A stretch of 64,000 nt of DNA, from NCBI GenBank assembly GCA_964016885.1, contig OZ024740.1:165912001-165976000 (forward strand), read 5' to 3'. Below the pieces are notes generated by a model that made no database searches, was not told the DNA's origin, and was given only the letters and a program-made list of their open reading frames with translations. Position numbers and translations under genes: made by a program. This stretch comes from Eledone cirrhosa. Its lineage: Eukaryota. Position 1 is the first letter of the stretch, and each line of letters opens with the position of its first letter. Shown one piece after another: positions 1-14,527 of the stretch.

Positions 1-394
1 GAATGGTTTATGTATGCGAATTACATAAGCACTAAAACATTTTATGTTCGAAACGAACATTAAATCTATCAGAGCTGGAATGTCCTTTGTCTCGAACCTT
101 TTTCTTTTATTTTTTTTAGTGTTCAATCTAAGGTGACCCCTCGGCTTTCTTGTCATATTTCTTCCAGAGACATCTTAGCACTAACACCCCACAAGTCGTC
201 TCCATTGTACTGCCTTTCTTGTCTCGTTGTTCACATCATCATACAGACTTACCAGCTGTTGTTTTCCTCCCCCTATTGCTTTCTCATCGTTTTATTTATT
301 TCTCATATCCCAGTAAGCTTTCTTCTTCATTTGTTTGCACTTCTTTTAATTTCAGTAGTCATTTTAGATTTCCTGACGTGTTATTCCATTATTC

Positions 395-471
<77 letters not shown>

Positions 472-1649
472 GGGGTGTGTGTTTGTATATGTCTATATAT
501 ATATATATGTGTGTGCCCGTCAAACGAACGGCACAGAAAAATCGGATTTCCTACTAGATTTCCTACTAGTCTGCTGTCAACTCGGTGTCTATGTGGTTTC
601 GGCTCTTAAACAGCACCGCTCTTCCGACCTCTGACCCCTAAAGAAAGTTAACAATTTGGAATACGAATGGAACGTATACGAGGAAATTATTCAGATCGGT
701 GTATTCCGAAGCGATTGACAGGGAAACGAGACGAAATATGTTTCTTAGCAATACGGGACAGAAAGTTCCTCAAATAAAATGCAAAGAAACCATAACAAAC
801 AAACATGCTGATAAGAAACCGTAAATAAAGTGTAACATTTATCACGAACTTGTCTGAGCGTAGTTTTTGATATAATTATATTTACGTTCGGCAGAGGGCC
901 ACCAATTTGAAGGGTAGGTGCAAGTCGATTAAATCGAACCCAGTGAGTAACATATACATTATTTCATCGACCCCGTAAGTATGAAAGGCAAATGTAACCT
1001 CAACACTTAAAATAATATTACGAAACAACACGAGGTTAATTGACACTTTGAACAATCGGGATGCAAAAGCAGTAGTGGGAGGGTTTTTGAGACTACAGGT
1101 GGAGTAAGGGTTTATGGGGCACTAGGGAATGCGATGGGTGGAGGCAAAACCACACATAAAGAGAATAACAGAAAGTAAGAGATTAGGGTCCCAGAGTAAG
1201 AACAAAATGTGAGTGTGAGATAGAGAGGGGGGAGAGTGAATGAGAAAGGCAGACACCGCTGGGGTAAATACTTAGTTAAGGTAATAAAACAATACGCTTA
1301 CGCACACACTCATAGAGTTACGACGGACTGATCCGATGATGTCTAAGTTCAGATCGTCGAATCATACGTGGCCATATTTGTTCCATAATTTCTGTCCTTT
1401 AAATTAACATTCTTTTGTTTAAGCATGTAAATGTACCCTTGAATTTATCTTTAACTTTTTGAAATAATCAGCTTTTCACTTTCAGATTTGTTAAAATGTG
1501 GCTTAATATATATATAATATATATTTTCTTTTTTTCTCCTTCTCTGTCTGAGAAAGTAATTTTAATAAATTGGGAATTATCACGAATACAAGCGGCCAAA
1601 ATGAGGTTTCTCCGAAGGGTTTTGGTGTAACTTTATTCCACAAAGCCCG

Positions 1650-1920
1650 TAGCTAGGATATCAGAGTGTCACTCCTGGTAGAGCCGCTACTTCTCCGTCT
1701 CAGGAAAGAACTGCTGGACTGATTTTACGGGCGAAACCAACAGGTAGGAGACCCAGGAGTAGACCCCGAGGGCAACGGTTGGATAACATCCATGAGCTTG
1801 GCTGGTCACGTATGGGTCTGCAGCCGGATCATTTGGAGACGGTTGCTTCTGACAGAACCCGCTGGAGGAAGTGTTTGGGGACTCTACCCCCACGACTCTC
1901 TCAGTAATAAGTGCGCGAAC
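1650..1920 (+). mobile_element. RTE-type LINE 3' fragment (related copies at about 28130-28460 and 35455-35615)
   Basis: GRRPRSRP...WLDNIHELGWSRMGLQPDHLETVASDRTRWR-like degenerate frame; nucleotide similarity among the three loci and 15165-15300. Confidence 0.65.
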
Positions 1921-2262
1921 TTTCTTGCCTTCACACCACTACCACCAATATCTCCACCACCATCTTCACTCCCACCATCATCGTCGTCGTTATCAACACC
2001 CTACTTTTTCTATTTTTTACTTCCTTCTTCTGCTTTTCATCTCTTTTCTCCCCCCCCCCTCGCCCTTTCTTTGAAGAGTCTATGCAGCTGATATGACAAT
2101 ATCTTATAAGACTATTTATTGTATGTATATGTTTTAACGATTTAACTGCATAAGCAAATGGTTATTGTTATTACCCACTTAAAATCTATCTCGCCCTCTT
2201 TCTCTTTCATTCCGCTCCCCCTCTCCTTATTCCTCTTTCTCTCTCCCTCCCTCACGCTCACT

Positions 2263-2311
<49 letters not shown>

Positions 2312-4062
2312 TCTATCTATCTATCTATATATATATATATATTCATACATATCTACACGAATACAAGCATATATGTATGAAATTATTGGTGTTTATACAA
2401 GTCTAGGAAACACACACACAACACTGTCTCACACTCTTACAACCACAAACCCGTTTACTTACATAGTGTTCTATATATGATTGTGGATTCTAGGACGTCT
2501 ATGTTATTTGCATATTTGAGCACATATGGTAGTCACGAGAGTTACTTTGCGTTTGTGCAACATTTTTAGTTTCTGCTTTTCATTTTCATATTTCTTCATT
2601 AAATACATTTGGAATGAGAAATAAAATACATGTTTGTTTATGTCTAATTTAGGGTCAAATAGTTAGACTTTGAAAATATAGATATTACGCAATCATTAGC
2701 ACAGGTAATGAAATTAATTACTATATTTACCTACCTAATGAGAGTGAATACCCTTTTCTAGATGTGAATATCGGTACTTTATCATAAGACATTCTTCTGA
2801 AAGGTTGATTACCTAATGAATGTTTAGGACTCTTAAGCTCGGAATATTCTTATATTTAACTGTTATTTGCGTCACCTCTTTATTACTAACACCATGAAAG
2901 TAATTTGAGATTTAGCAATCTATTTCAAATATGTTCGTTCAGTATGTTATTAAGTTGCCTATTGAGACACAATAGTATTGCGACTATAAAAGCGAACATA
3001 ATCCACAGAAAGTCTCACTCCACCACCAACTGAGATGCATTTACATTACTCTTACATTGAATCAACATATTCTAGATTTACTTGGTTTACAGAGTAATAG
3101 AGTTAATACGAAACATTATGAGATATGTAATAAATGACTGATAAGTTTCAAAAGCCGGTAAAATGCAAATGCAATATATAAAGAGCAAAGTTTTTTTTTT
3201 TATCGACTATATTACAACATGATGTTTCAGGACTAATACTTTCTTTTCAAATGTGAAGCGTAAATGGTTCAAATCATAAACTAACGTTTGATGTGTTCTT
3301 CCTTAACAAATCTACGTGTCTGAAATATGCATGCGTGTAATCTTAAGAATCAAAGAGACCATTATCATCAACAAGAAAAATCCACAGATAAATAATAGAT
3401 GGAAATGCACGAAGCAGATTGGCTACTATAACTACTCCGCGCATGCGCATTTTTGACACGTAGACCAATTAAGGAAAAACACATGGATTGTCCTTTTAGA
3501 AATGTATGTCATTTATTGCACACACACACACACACACACACGCACGCACGCACGCACGCATGCACGCACGCACACACACACACACACACGCACACACACA
3601 CACACACACACACACGCGCGCACGCTCACACGCACACGCACACGCACACACACACACACACACACACATTTATTTATATTTCAAAAAATGTTTAACGCCC
3701 TGGGGTAGAGAAAGACAAGTTCGTTGTATGATTGCCGTAATTCTATATACCACGTGCATGCACCGCATTCCTTAATAACCACACACTTTTACTTTATCTG
3801 CTCTAGCTCAACGTGCACCAGCCAACGCTTACCCTGCAACTTCAACTAAACAAGGGGGTTAGTCTCACGAGATGTACACAATTATGCCTAAACTCTGCAT
3901 AATGTTTTTGGATCATAATGTTCCCCAATCTTGACTCATATAGTTCATTGCCTTCAGAATATAGAGAGTAAAGTCGACTTTTAAAATATTTGAATTCAGA
4001 ATATAATGTGGCGTGCTTATGCTATATTCATGCAATGATTTCGTCCACACGAGGATATATAG

Positions 4063-4093
<31 letters not shown>

Positions 4094-5183
4094 CCTCTTC
4101 TGAGGTATATGTTATCAACATGTGAGCATCCTGTACAACGTAAACGCTTGTATAAATACGAGATATTTTCTCTTTTCTTGGTATGAATAGAAATCGTCAC
4201 TGATGACTCTAATGGCGAATCTTCTTAGATAGCATTTGTTTATATGTAGAGTTGCTCTTTGAGTTACTTATGATTATACTTATACCTATGTTTTTGTCTC
4301 TTTCGTGTATACATGTTTATAGGTATACATGTACGCTTACACACACACATATATGTGTAAATAAGTATATATATGTGTGTGTGTGTGTATGTGTGTGTCT
4401 GTGTGAAGAGAGAGACAGATATGTGTATCAGAAAAATAATTTCATATGTACGTAACAATATGTGTCTAAAGAGATGCATACACATGTGTCTTTATTTTCA
4501 TACATTAATTTACGAATACAATGAATGTATGTGCCTACGGAATCGCATGTGTCTATTGCGTGTAAAAAGTAAGATTGAAAGAATGAATGTGGATGGGATT
4601 AGGCCATCTAGAGTCGAATTGTATGGTATGGGATGGGATGATATGACACCCTCCCCTCTAACTCCTGAGGAGTCGTAGGGTGCCATATTGACATACGGCG
4701 TTTCTGGGTCATTTTTTAAACCTGGAAGTGACCATTTCCTCTCTAGGTCTGAATGTAGCAGATTTCTTCCAGAGAAAGAAGAAATTAGAAAGTTGTATAG
4801 AGGAAGAATCCACCCCAGTACTAGACTGGTACATTTTTTATCGACCTCGAAATGATGAAAGGCAAAGTTGACCTCGACGGGGTTTGAATTCAGAGAGTAG
4901 AGAGCCGAAATGAATACTACAAAGCATTCTATCTGACGTTCTAACGAATCTGCCAATCCACTGACATAATTATAAATAGAATGTTAGAAAAAAGCTGCAT
5001 TTAAAAAATATTAATTATAAACCATGTTTTTAAATATATTTTCTTTACAATTTACCGCAATAATTTGTGCATGGTTTCATGCTTGCAAAACGAAATTTTA
5101 ATTTTAGACAGTACACGATGATTTTGATATTAGTCTAAAGGTAAGGGTGCGCTTCATAATAGTTTTTTTTTTAATAAAATAAT

Positions 5184-5370
5184 TGTTTCTACATTTGGCA
5201 CAAGGCACGCAATCACCCAGTGCATTACTGGTACTTTATTTTATCGACCCCGAAAGGATGAAAGGCAAAGTTAACCTCGGCGGGATTTGAACTCAGAATT
5301 GCAAGGACCGTAACTCTATGTGTAAAAGCATGGCGTCCAACCCTCTACCGATACTGCCAATCCTCCGCCC
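5184..5370 (-). mobile_element. tRNA-derived SINE, full length
   Basis: A-box-like ttggcagtatcggta, B-box gagttcaaatccc, core gcctttcatcctttcggggtcgataaaataaagtaccag, tail gtagaaaca. An older copy lies at about 4811-4963. Confidence 0.85.
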
Positions 5371-5772
5371 TTTTTTTTTATAAAAAATAATGGGACACAG
5401 TCAACATTTTTGCACGAGGGTTTTAGTATGATACGTAAACATGAATCTAGTATATGTTGGTTGCAATTTATGCTTTCAGTGTGTTATATTTTTTAACTAA
5501 CATGCACACACAAATTTGCAGACTGTAACATACATATATATACTTTGGGTTTCTCAACAGCAAAGCCGCTATCATCTGCTATATATCTTTGAAAAGAATA
5601 AAACAAAAGCAGTAAAAGTACATTACACTTTAATTGTTTATAAAGTAATGCAAGTAGTAGTTTATCAAGTTACATTTAAATTTTCATCAATTAATTTTAA
5701 AATAAATGGTAGTACAGGGAAAACTGCGATTGATAATTAAGAGTATTCAATTGAGCAAAACGGTGTTTGTGT

Positions 5773-5879
<107 letters not shown>

Positions 5880-6497
5880 ATTTATTGTGTGTATTAAAAG
5901 ATATGTACTATTATCCCTATGTGTGTACATTTCATTTTCTCAGTCTAGCAATTTATCAATGTGAGTTAAAATAATATTGTCAGATTTATGATGTTTAGAT
6001 TGCAAAGTCATAAATTTAGCAGATTTTCTTTATCTGTAATAGAGGTAGTGGTGTGGAAAGGGAAAACGATGTTGTTCTTTCCAATAGTAAACATTTTATG
6101 TGAATATCTTAACAACATTTTATCATAAATTGAAAGAGATACATTTATTTCACCATAGGAATTTTAAATCTGATGCAAATTATATTTTCGAACCTGAGGT
6201 CTACCGCTTTAACTAACAACATTCAGGTTATAAATGTACACAGAAGAGAATAAGAAATTTCTTGGATATGGAATGAAATAGGTCCTTATTGAGAATGCGG
6301 TAATCAGGGTAGTGATGCCATCGAAAGGGATTATAGTAAAACAAATATTATTTTCATGGCGACATGTAAGGGGTGCACATTATGCAGTCATTTATATATT
6401 ACTTACAAATTTAAAAATATTTTTTTTTATATTACTATAAATAATAGATATTTTTACACACACACACACACGCACACGCACACATATATATATATAT

Positions 6498-6558
<61 letters not shown>

Positions 6559-6642
6559 CAAACATATATATATATATATTTATATATATGTAAGTATGTA
6601 TGTATACGTACATACATATATGTATACAGACGTACAGTAGCA

Positions 6643-6684
<42 letters not shown>

Positions 6685-6835
6685 CAGGTACACATACATA
6701 TATGTACGTATCAGTTTAGCGGTCGCCTATTATAACGCCCGCTTTGTTCGCTTGTAAACAAACTGAACAGCCTGAATTTTTGCCGTACGGTGTTAAGGCA
6801 ACCACGTCACCTTTTTGTTCAACACTGACACAGGA

Positions 6836-6878
6836 ACGATGTACTAGTTTCAAGCTTGTTAGCTGTCATCAGCACCGT
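6836..6878 (-). ncRNA. Minimal type I hammerhead ribozyme (intact core)
   Basis: Minus strand: ACGGUG-CUGAUGA-cAGCU aaca AGCUu-GAAA-CUAG-UA-CAUCGU. Stem I is 6 bp, loop III is palindromic, GUA cleavage triplet. Confidence 0.8.
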
Positions 6879-7156
6879 ATACCCTTCTGCCAGATGGTTG
6901 AACGTTCGAAAGTATATACTTTCCTTATGAAAATTAACGGCTGAGCAGCCTAATTTGCATATCGAGTGAGTTTAGTCGGCCATGCGTACCGAAAACGATA
7001 AATTGTAATAAAATGAAAACGAAATTTCATTTCTCACTCTTCTCGGTACGCCTGGCCGACTAAACTCACTCGATATGCAAATTAGGCTGCTCAGCCGTTA
7101 ATTTTCATAAGGAAAGTATATACTTTCGAACGTTCAACCATCTGGCAAAAGGGTAT

Positions 7157-7199
7157 ACGGTGCTGATGATAGCTAACAAGCTTGAAACTAGAACATCGT
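7157..7199 (+). ncRNA. Hammerhead copy with U16.1 mutated (probably inactive)
   Basis: acggtg-ctgatga-tagct aaca agctt-gaaa-ctag-AA-catcgt. Confidence 0.7.
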
Positions 7200-7508
7200 T
7201 CCTGTGTCAGTGTTGAACAAAAAGGTGACGTGGTTGCCTTAACACAGTACGGCATAAATTCAGGCTGTTTAGTTTGTTTACAAACAAACAAAGCGTGCGT
7301 TATAATAAGCGTCCGCTAAACTGATACGTACATATATGTATGTGTACCTGTATGTATATATATATATATATATATATACATATATATGCATGCTACTGTA
7401 CGTCTGTATACATATATGTATGTAGGTATACATACATACTTACATTTAAGTAAGTGCCGTATTAAGAGTGAGAAATGAAATTTCGTTTTTATTTTATTAC
7501 AACTTATT

Positions 7509-7545
<37 letters not shown>

Positions 7546-7789
7546 GTGTGTGTGTATATATATATAACATATTTATATATATATTTATATATATATATTA
7601 TATATTTATATATATATATATTACATATTTATATATATATATATTACATATTTATATATATATATTATATATTTACATATATATATTACATATTTATATA
7701 TATATATTATATATTTACATATATATATTACATATTTATATATATATATTATATATTTATATATATATACATATTTATATATATATACA

Positions 7790-7833
<44 letters not shown>

Positions 7834-7867
7834 TTATATATACATGTTCGGTTTGTTTTATATATAC

Positions 7868-8398
7868 ATGTTCGGTTTGTTTGTAAACAGATAGCCCGAA
7901 ATAAGCCGTAAAGTGTTCGGCAACCATCGTTGCCCTTTTGTTCGACACTGACAAAGAGTGAACTAGTTTCAAGTTTATTAGCTATCGTCATCATCATATA
8001 ACCTCCTCTCAGATTATTGAACGTTTGAAAGTATATACTTTCCTTAGGCCGACTAACTCACTCGATATGCAAATTAGGCTGCTCAGCCGTTAATATGCAT
8101 AAGGAAACTATATACTTTCAAACGTTCAATCATCTGACAGGAAGGTATACGATGCTGTCGATAGTTAATAAGCTTGAAACTAGTTCATTGTTCCTTCGTC
8201 AGTGTTGAACAAAAGGGCAACAATGGTTACCGAACTCTGTACTGCTTAATTCGGGTTGTTTGTTTACAAACAAACCGAACATTATAATAAATGTTCGGTA
8301 AACCTATACGTACATATATGTATGTGTGCATGTATGTATATATATACATACTACTGTACGTCTGTATACATATATGTATGTACGTATACATACTGATA
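7868..8398. mobile_element. Fold-back element A2 (arms 7868-8046 and 8100-8282), diverged relative of A1 with degenerate hammerheads
   Basis: Inverted repeat homologous to A1. Cores read CUGUCGA (8155) and AUGACGA on the minus arm. Confidence 0.8.
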
Positions 8399-8466
8399 TT
8401 TATAAATATATATATATATATATACGATAAATTAACAAATGGAAACTATATTTATAAAAACATAGT

Positions 8467-8531
8467 TATTTCATTATACATATTTCAAGGACACCAAGTT
8501 AAATTATGGTGTGCTTTCATCAGATAAAATA
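8467..8531 (-). ncRNA. Hammerhead ribozyme (family B/D), intact core
   Basis: Minus strand: UAUUUUAU-CUGAUGA-AAGcACACCA...UGGUGUcCUU-GAAA-UAUGUA-UA-AUGAAAUA. Lies in a family B/D fragment starting at 8424; a second tail-bearing fragment is at about 8800-8953. Confidence 0.8.
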
Positions 8532-8993
8532 TAATATAGATCAATTTTATGAATAAATATTGACATACTCTTAAAGAATGCGAACTTTTCTGTTGAAAAC
8601 TCCCGGATAGAGGGGTTATATATTTATTTATACTATTATGCAAATTAGTGTCGGATATTTTAAAATCAAAGTAGATTTAAAATAAGCCGTTGGGGTATGG
8701 AGAAAGGGAAAGAAAAGAAAGAGAAAAAAAAGTGGATATATATATATTAATTTATGTATATATATATATATATAAATATATGTATATATATATATGTAGA
8801 AGTTCTATTTAAATTGTTGGGGTACAACAAGCAAATATTTTTATAACTGATATAAAGCACTCAACAAATTATTAGAGTAAAAATACGATATATTAAAAAA
8901 TGGAAACTATATCTATAAAACCATATTTATTTCATTATACATATTTCAAGGACATACATATTTATATATATACACATATTTATATATATATAT

Positions 8994-9038
<45 letters not shown>

Positions 9039-9727
9039 TATTCATGCAAATGTATGATCATTGGTGTACACAAACTGAACATGTGTCCACGCTTGCACAC
9101 ATGCACGTACTTTTGTTTTACCCCAAAGAGCGTGCGCCTGTCTATAATATGTGGATGTATTTATATATGTATACATATATATATATATATGTAATATATT
9201 TATATATAACTACATGTGTGTTGGTGTGTAGACATGAATATTTAGATAAACAGAGACAGAGAGTGAGAGAAATTTAATCATAGTTAAAGAGCTAGGTCCG
9301 TTCCAATTTCTCCGCCGACGTTCTTTTGCCGACATTTTTATATATTTCTCATTAAAAGTCGACTGCAAATCTATTCTCCTAATCTTTCGTTTCTGACTCA
9401 ACATGTCAAATCAACTTTCCCTCCACAAAAGTGTATTTATTTATTGACTTTTTGTTCGTCCTACAGCTTCAGGGAGATTCCTATTCCATTTCTTCGTCAT
9501 TCTTTCGTTCTTCACTACCTGTTTTCGTCTTTCTTTTCAATTATACCTCAACATACACCCTGCTGCTGAAATTGGTGTTGTTGGCGCTAATGATTTTGCT
9601 TTCTTATTGTTGTTGGCCGAGATGGTGGAAATGGAAAGTAGTTCTTATTCTTTTACTTTTAAATAATTCTATATTTCCAACCTCTTGACTCATTCATCTG
9701 GAGATGAATTAATGCATACATAAAAGG

Positions 9728-9770
<43 letters not shown>

Positions 9771-9894
9771 CACACACACACGCGTGTGTGTGCGCGTCTG
9801 TGTGTGAATACTGATACACACATGATATATTTAACCAGAATTCTTTCAATTGCTAACCCGTATGCAAATGCATATATATATGTATATATATATG

Positions 9895-9947
<53 letters not shown>

Positions 9948-9952
9948 AACAA

Positions 9953-10383
9953 TATTAATAAATGAAGACATTCACATAATCAAAATATGTTTTATTATAT
10001 ATATTTTGAAGGTACTGTGCTGTTTTTTAATTACGTCCTCGTCAGATAAAATACATGAATTAATGTATGACATACTTGAACGGTCTTGATGGTTCAATTC
10101 CAGTAATGGCAGTCAATACTGCCAATATTGGAAATGAACCATCAAGACCGGTGAGGTATGTCATACATCAATTCATGTATTTTATCTCACGAGGACGTAC
10201 TGAAAAAACAGCACAGTACCTTCGAAATATATATAATAAAACATGTTTTGATTATGTGAATGTCTTCATTTATTAATAATCTGAATAATATTAATAACTC
10301 CAGAAAACCTTCCTGTAAGAGTGCTTTTAATCTATTGTAAAACTATATTCATTGAGTAATCAATGAGCCATATTAATCTTTGG

Positions 10384-10384
<1 letters not shown>
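9953..10384 (+). mobile_element. Fold-back element B (arms 9953-10113 and 10118-10278, tail to 10384) with two singly mutated hammerheads
   Basis: About 160-bp hairpin with a 4-nt loop. The + arm core reads CUCACGA...GAAA-UAUAUA-UA; the - arm reads CUGACGA...AAAA. Flanked by (TA)n. Confidence 0.85.
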
Positions 10385-10416
<32 letters not shown>

Positions 10417-10417
<1 letters not shown>

Positions 10418-10607
10418 GGAAAATGTATGACCCCGATGGCAGAACTCAAGCCGTTTCGACGGCTATTTCTGGACTCAGAAATAATCGTCAAAACGGCTTG
10501 AGCTCTGCCATCGGGGGTCATACATTTTCCTATTAACCACTCTAATACCCTAAGTATTGAGTACTCTGGTGCGTTATGGTCTATGTGGTTTCTCACCACA
10601 ACCCTTC

Positions 10608-10612
<5 letters not shown>
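10417..10612 (+). mobile_element. Fold-back element C (arms 10417-10471 and 10476-10531, plus tail)
   Basis: 55-bp hairpin between (TA)n tracts. Carries a hammerhead 3' half (GAAACGGC...GCCAUC). Its tail is also present at 49180-49250. Confidence 0.75.
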
Positions 10613-10679
<67 letters not shown>

Positions 10680-10862
10680 GATATATACACATATATATAT
10701 ACGTATATACATATATATATATATAGATATAGATATATACACATATATATATATACATATATATATATATAGATACAGATATATATACATATATACATAT
10801 ATATATATATATAGAGATATAGATATATACACATATATATATATATATAAATATAGATATAT

Positions 10863-10896
<34 letters not shown>

Positions 10897-10897
<1 letters not shown>

Positions 10898-11351
10898 CGA
10901 TATTAAACAAATGGAAACTATATTTATAAAACCATATTTATTTCGTTATATATATTTCTGGGATATCATATTAAAAATATGGTATGCCTTCCTCAGACAA
11001 AATACAATACATAAGCTGTTTTATAAATAATTAGTGACATACCTTGTAATAATGCAACTTCCATTTAAAAAGTTGATTTGGTAGTGAAACTGTTATGATA
11101 GTTATATAGAAAGAAAAACGAAGATGAGAAGAAGAAGATGAAGAGATGTATGTAAATAAAAAAAGAAGATGAAGGCATACCATATTTTTAATATGATATC
11201 CCAGAAATATATATAACGAAATAAATATGGTTTTATAAATATAGTTTCCATTTGTTTAATATCGTAAACCTACTCCAGAAACTGTTGAGTGCTTTTATAT
11301 CAGTTATAAAATATTTACTCGTTGTAACCCAACAATTTTAAATAAAACTTT

Positions 11352-11354
<3 letters not shown>
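10897..11354 (+). mobile_element. Fold-back element D (arms 10897-10992 and 11171-11265, plus tail); hammerhead on minus strand 10939-11004
   Basis: About 95-bp inverted arms. Minus arm: UAUUUUGU-CUGAGGA-stem II-GAAA-UAUAUA-UA-ACGAAAUA. Same family as 8424-8560 and related to B. Confidence 0.8.
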
Positions 11355-11389
<35 letters not shown>

Positions 11390-11481
11390 TATACATATAT
11401 ATACATACATATATACATATATATATAAATATATACATATATATTTATATATACATATACATATATATATACATATTATAC

Positions 11482-11519
<38 letters not shown>

Positions 11520-11530
11520 ATATATATATA

Positions 11531-11561
<31 letters not shown>

Positions 11562-11598
11562 AAGTATATACATATATATATATAAGTATATACATATA

Positions 11599-11666
<68 letters not shown>

Positions 11667-12135
11667 TACATATATACATATATATATATATCTTACCTTC
11701 ATTCACCCCCTCTGCCAGTCACCCTCTATCGGCTGGCCTCTTCCCCACACTTTCACTCACTCACTCTCTGCTACTCCCCCTCTCTCATTTCCACCCGTCT
11801 GACTTGTGTGAAATGCTTTTCTCGCTCACATTTCAAAGGGTCTGGACGTGTCTTCTCTTCTCGTTCACGATTTGATCGAACTTAAGTTCACAGATATCAA
11901 GGACGTTCTTCTCTTCTTCCTCTCTTTCCGTTGCTATTACCATCTCTGTTTGTTTAAATGTCTCGCTTTCTACACCCAATTCTACTTGTGCCAATAACTT
12001 TTTTTAGTTATTGCTCGCACCAGACTGAGGTTATGGTCTTTAATGAGAAGTTATACTGATGACGGACCGTCCGGTCTTCTTGTTCTAATTTTATTAATAT
12101 GTATCCCACTTGCAACAATGCCTCACGCCATTTTT

Positions 12136-12217
<82 letters not shown>

Positions 12218-12219
12218 CA

Positions 12220-13150
12220 AGGTTTAGCAAATAAGAAAAAGTTTTAAAATAAAACTTTAAAAGTTCACTGTACCTGCTATAATTACCGTTAACTCTTAGT
12301 ACGGCTGTTCCTTAAATATACGTATGTACACGTACATACGTCTGTATACATATATGTATAAGAAATATCTTAGCTAATCGCGTGGCCACCTCCATATTAT
12401 ATGGTGGTTTATACCAACAAATGCGACGGGTTCTATTTCTTCTAGGTCTATTTTCGTACTCTGCATATGCTACCTTATCGACAAATCCACTTCGAGCAAG
12501 TGCTTCATTGTAATAAGTGGAATGGTCGTTGAAAATACGCTCGTTGGTGGAAAGACGGGAAAGCCTCAACGAAACGTTTCTTACCAGGTTCTTGGTTATC
12601 CCGGCAGGATGTTTGGAATGCTTACTTATGTAATTAAGCGTATCATTCGGCTTTCTATACGGGTAATACAACCCATTCAATAAATTGAGGGTAACGTCGA
12701 AGTAATTAACGACCGAGAGATTGGCCTCAACCTGTATCGAGAGGTTGAAGCCTTTAAAGAAGGCTGTGAGTTCTTTTCTGAACCTGTCACAAGCACGAGG
12801 TCCGCACTTAGTCATGGTCAAAAGACGATCGTCACGGTACAAACCACCGCCCGCGTTGGGGAATTCGTCCTTGATAGAGAAAAGAAGGAAAAGGCCGATA
12901 CGATCAGTAACCTCCGCAGAATCACTGGCGCCCATACACACGTCTAATGGGGTACTATTGGATTTTTTTAATCCAAATAGAGTCGTCGAAATTAATCACC
13001 GACTTTCGGGCATTGAGGATGACATCAACTTCAAAATCCTTAACCACTGTGAGTGTTTTAGCGAAATTGATAGCTCTAAGGAGGAGTGGTAAAGTAATGG
13101 AGGAGTAGAAATTGTTGATGTCGAATTGGATAAAACGGCAATGTTCCTAG
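12220..13150 (-). mobile_element. Penelope-like element RT fragment (pseudogenised, GIY-YIG domain absent) with 3' tail
   Basis: Minus strand reads CRFIQFDINNFYSSI...ARKS...WIKK, frameshift in an A7 run near 12965, then DVCMGASDSAEV...GGLYRDD...VNYFDVTLNL...YYPYRKPN..LNYISKHSKHP...RLSRLS...ALARSGF...RTRRICWYKPPYN. These are PLE RT core/thumb motifs. Homology stops near 12360 and is followed by a non-coding tail. Confidence 0.9.
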
Positions 13151-13159
13151 TTACATATG

Positions 13160-13285
13160 CCGATTTTTTGCTTAAACTTTAATCTGTTATTTTAATAAAT
13201 ATTTGCTCTACGGTTCTTATATATTTTATATATATTTATCCTTATCGAGCCCTCTTTGGATTTTAGTCTTCAAATTTATTATTAT

Positions 13286-13290
<5 letters not shown>
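13160..13290 (+). mobile_element. Family G 3' end and tail, abutting the PLE RT fragment head-to-head
   Basis: gcttaaactttaatctgttattttaata and ccctctttggattttagtcttcaaatttattattattac are shared with 32940-33157, 53914-54000 and 60984-61133. Confidence 0.75.
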
Positions 13291-13350
<60 letters not shown>

Positions 13351-13579
13351 CGCACATATACATATTTATGATATGTTATGATTTATATTTAATGAAATGC
13401 ATAGAATATCACCTGCACCTGTGTTGAGATGAGGAATCATAAATATGAAATCCTGGCCTTCTTCTTAATAATCGGTAGCAACAGTTAATATTGATGTCAG
13501 TCTTAACTCATAACAATGTCTACTTAAGTCAGTGTGAAAATATGCGTCGACATTCCGTAGTTTACAGCATATATCTATA

Positions 13580-14527
<948 letters not shown>

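Larger units (their letters stand above)
6589..7506. mobile_element. Fold-back element A1 (arms 6589-6992 and 7043-7444, 50-nt loop) with a hammerhead in each arm
   Basis: About 400-bp near-perfect inverted repeat; the mirror ORFs 6744+ and 7091- confirm it. Embedded in (TA)n. Confidence 0.85.

Noticed and set aside
4195-4230. ctgatga at 4200 (also 4665, 34227, 38820, 48233) as hammerheads
   Set aside because: No correctly placed GAAA and UH with supporting stems.
6744-7291. Pair of near-identical 66-aa ORFs on opposite strands
   Set aside because: A consequence of the inverted repeat; there is no protein motif, and the conserved feature is RNA structure.
12721-13092. Plus-strand ORFs over the PLE fragment, and those at 17421-18549 over Dong
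   Set aside because: They are antisense shadows of the retroelement coding strands.
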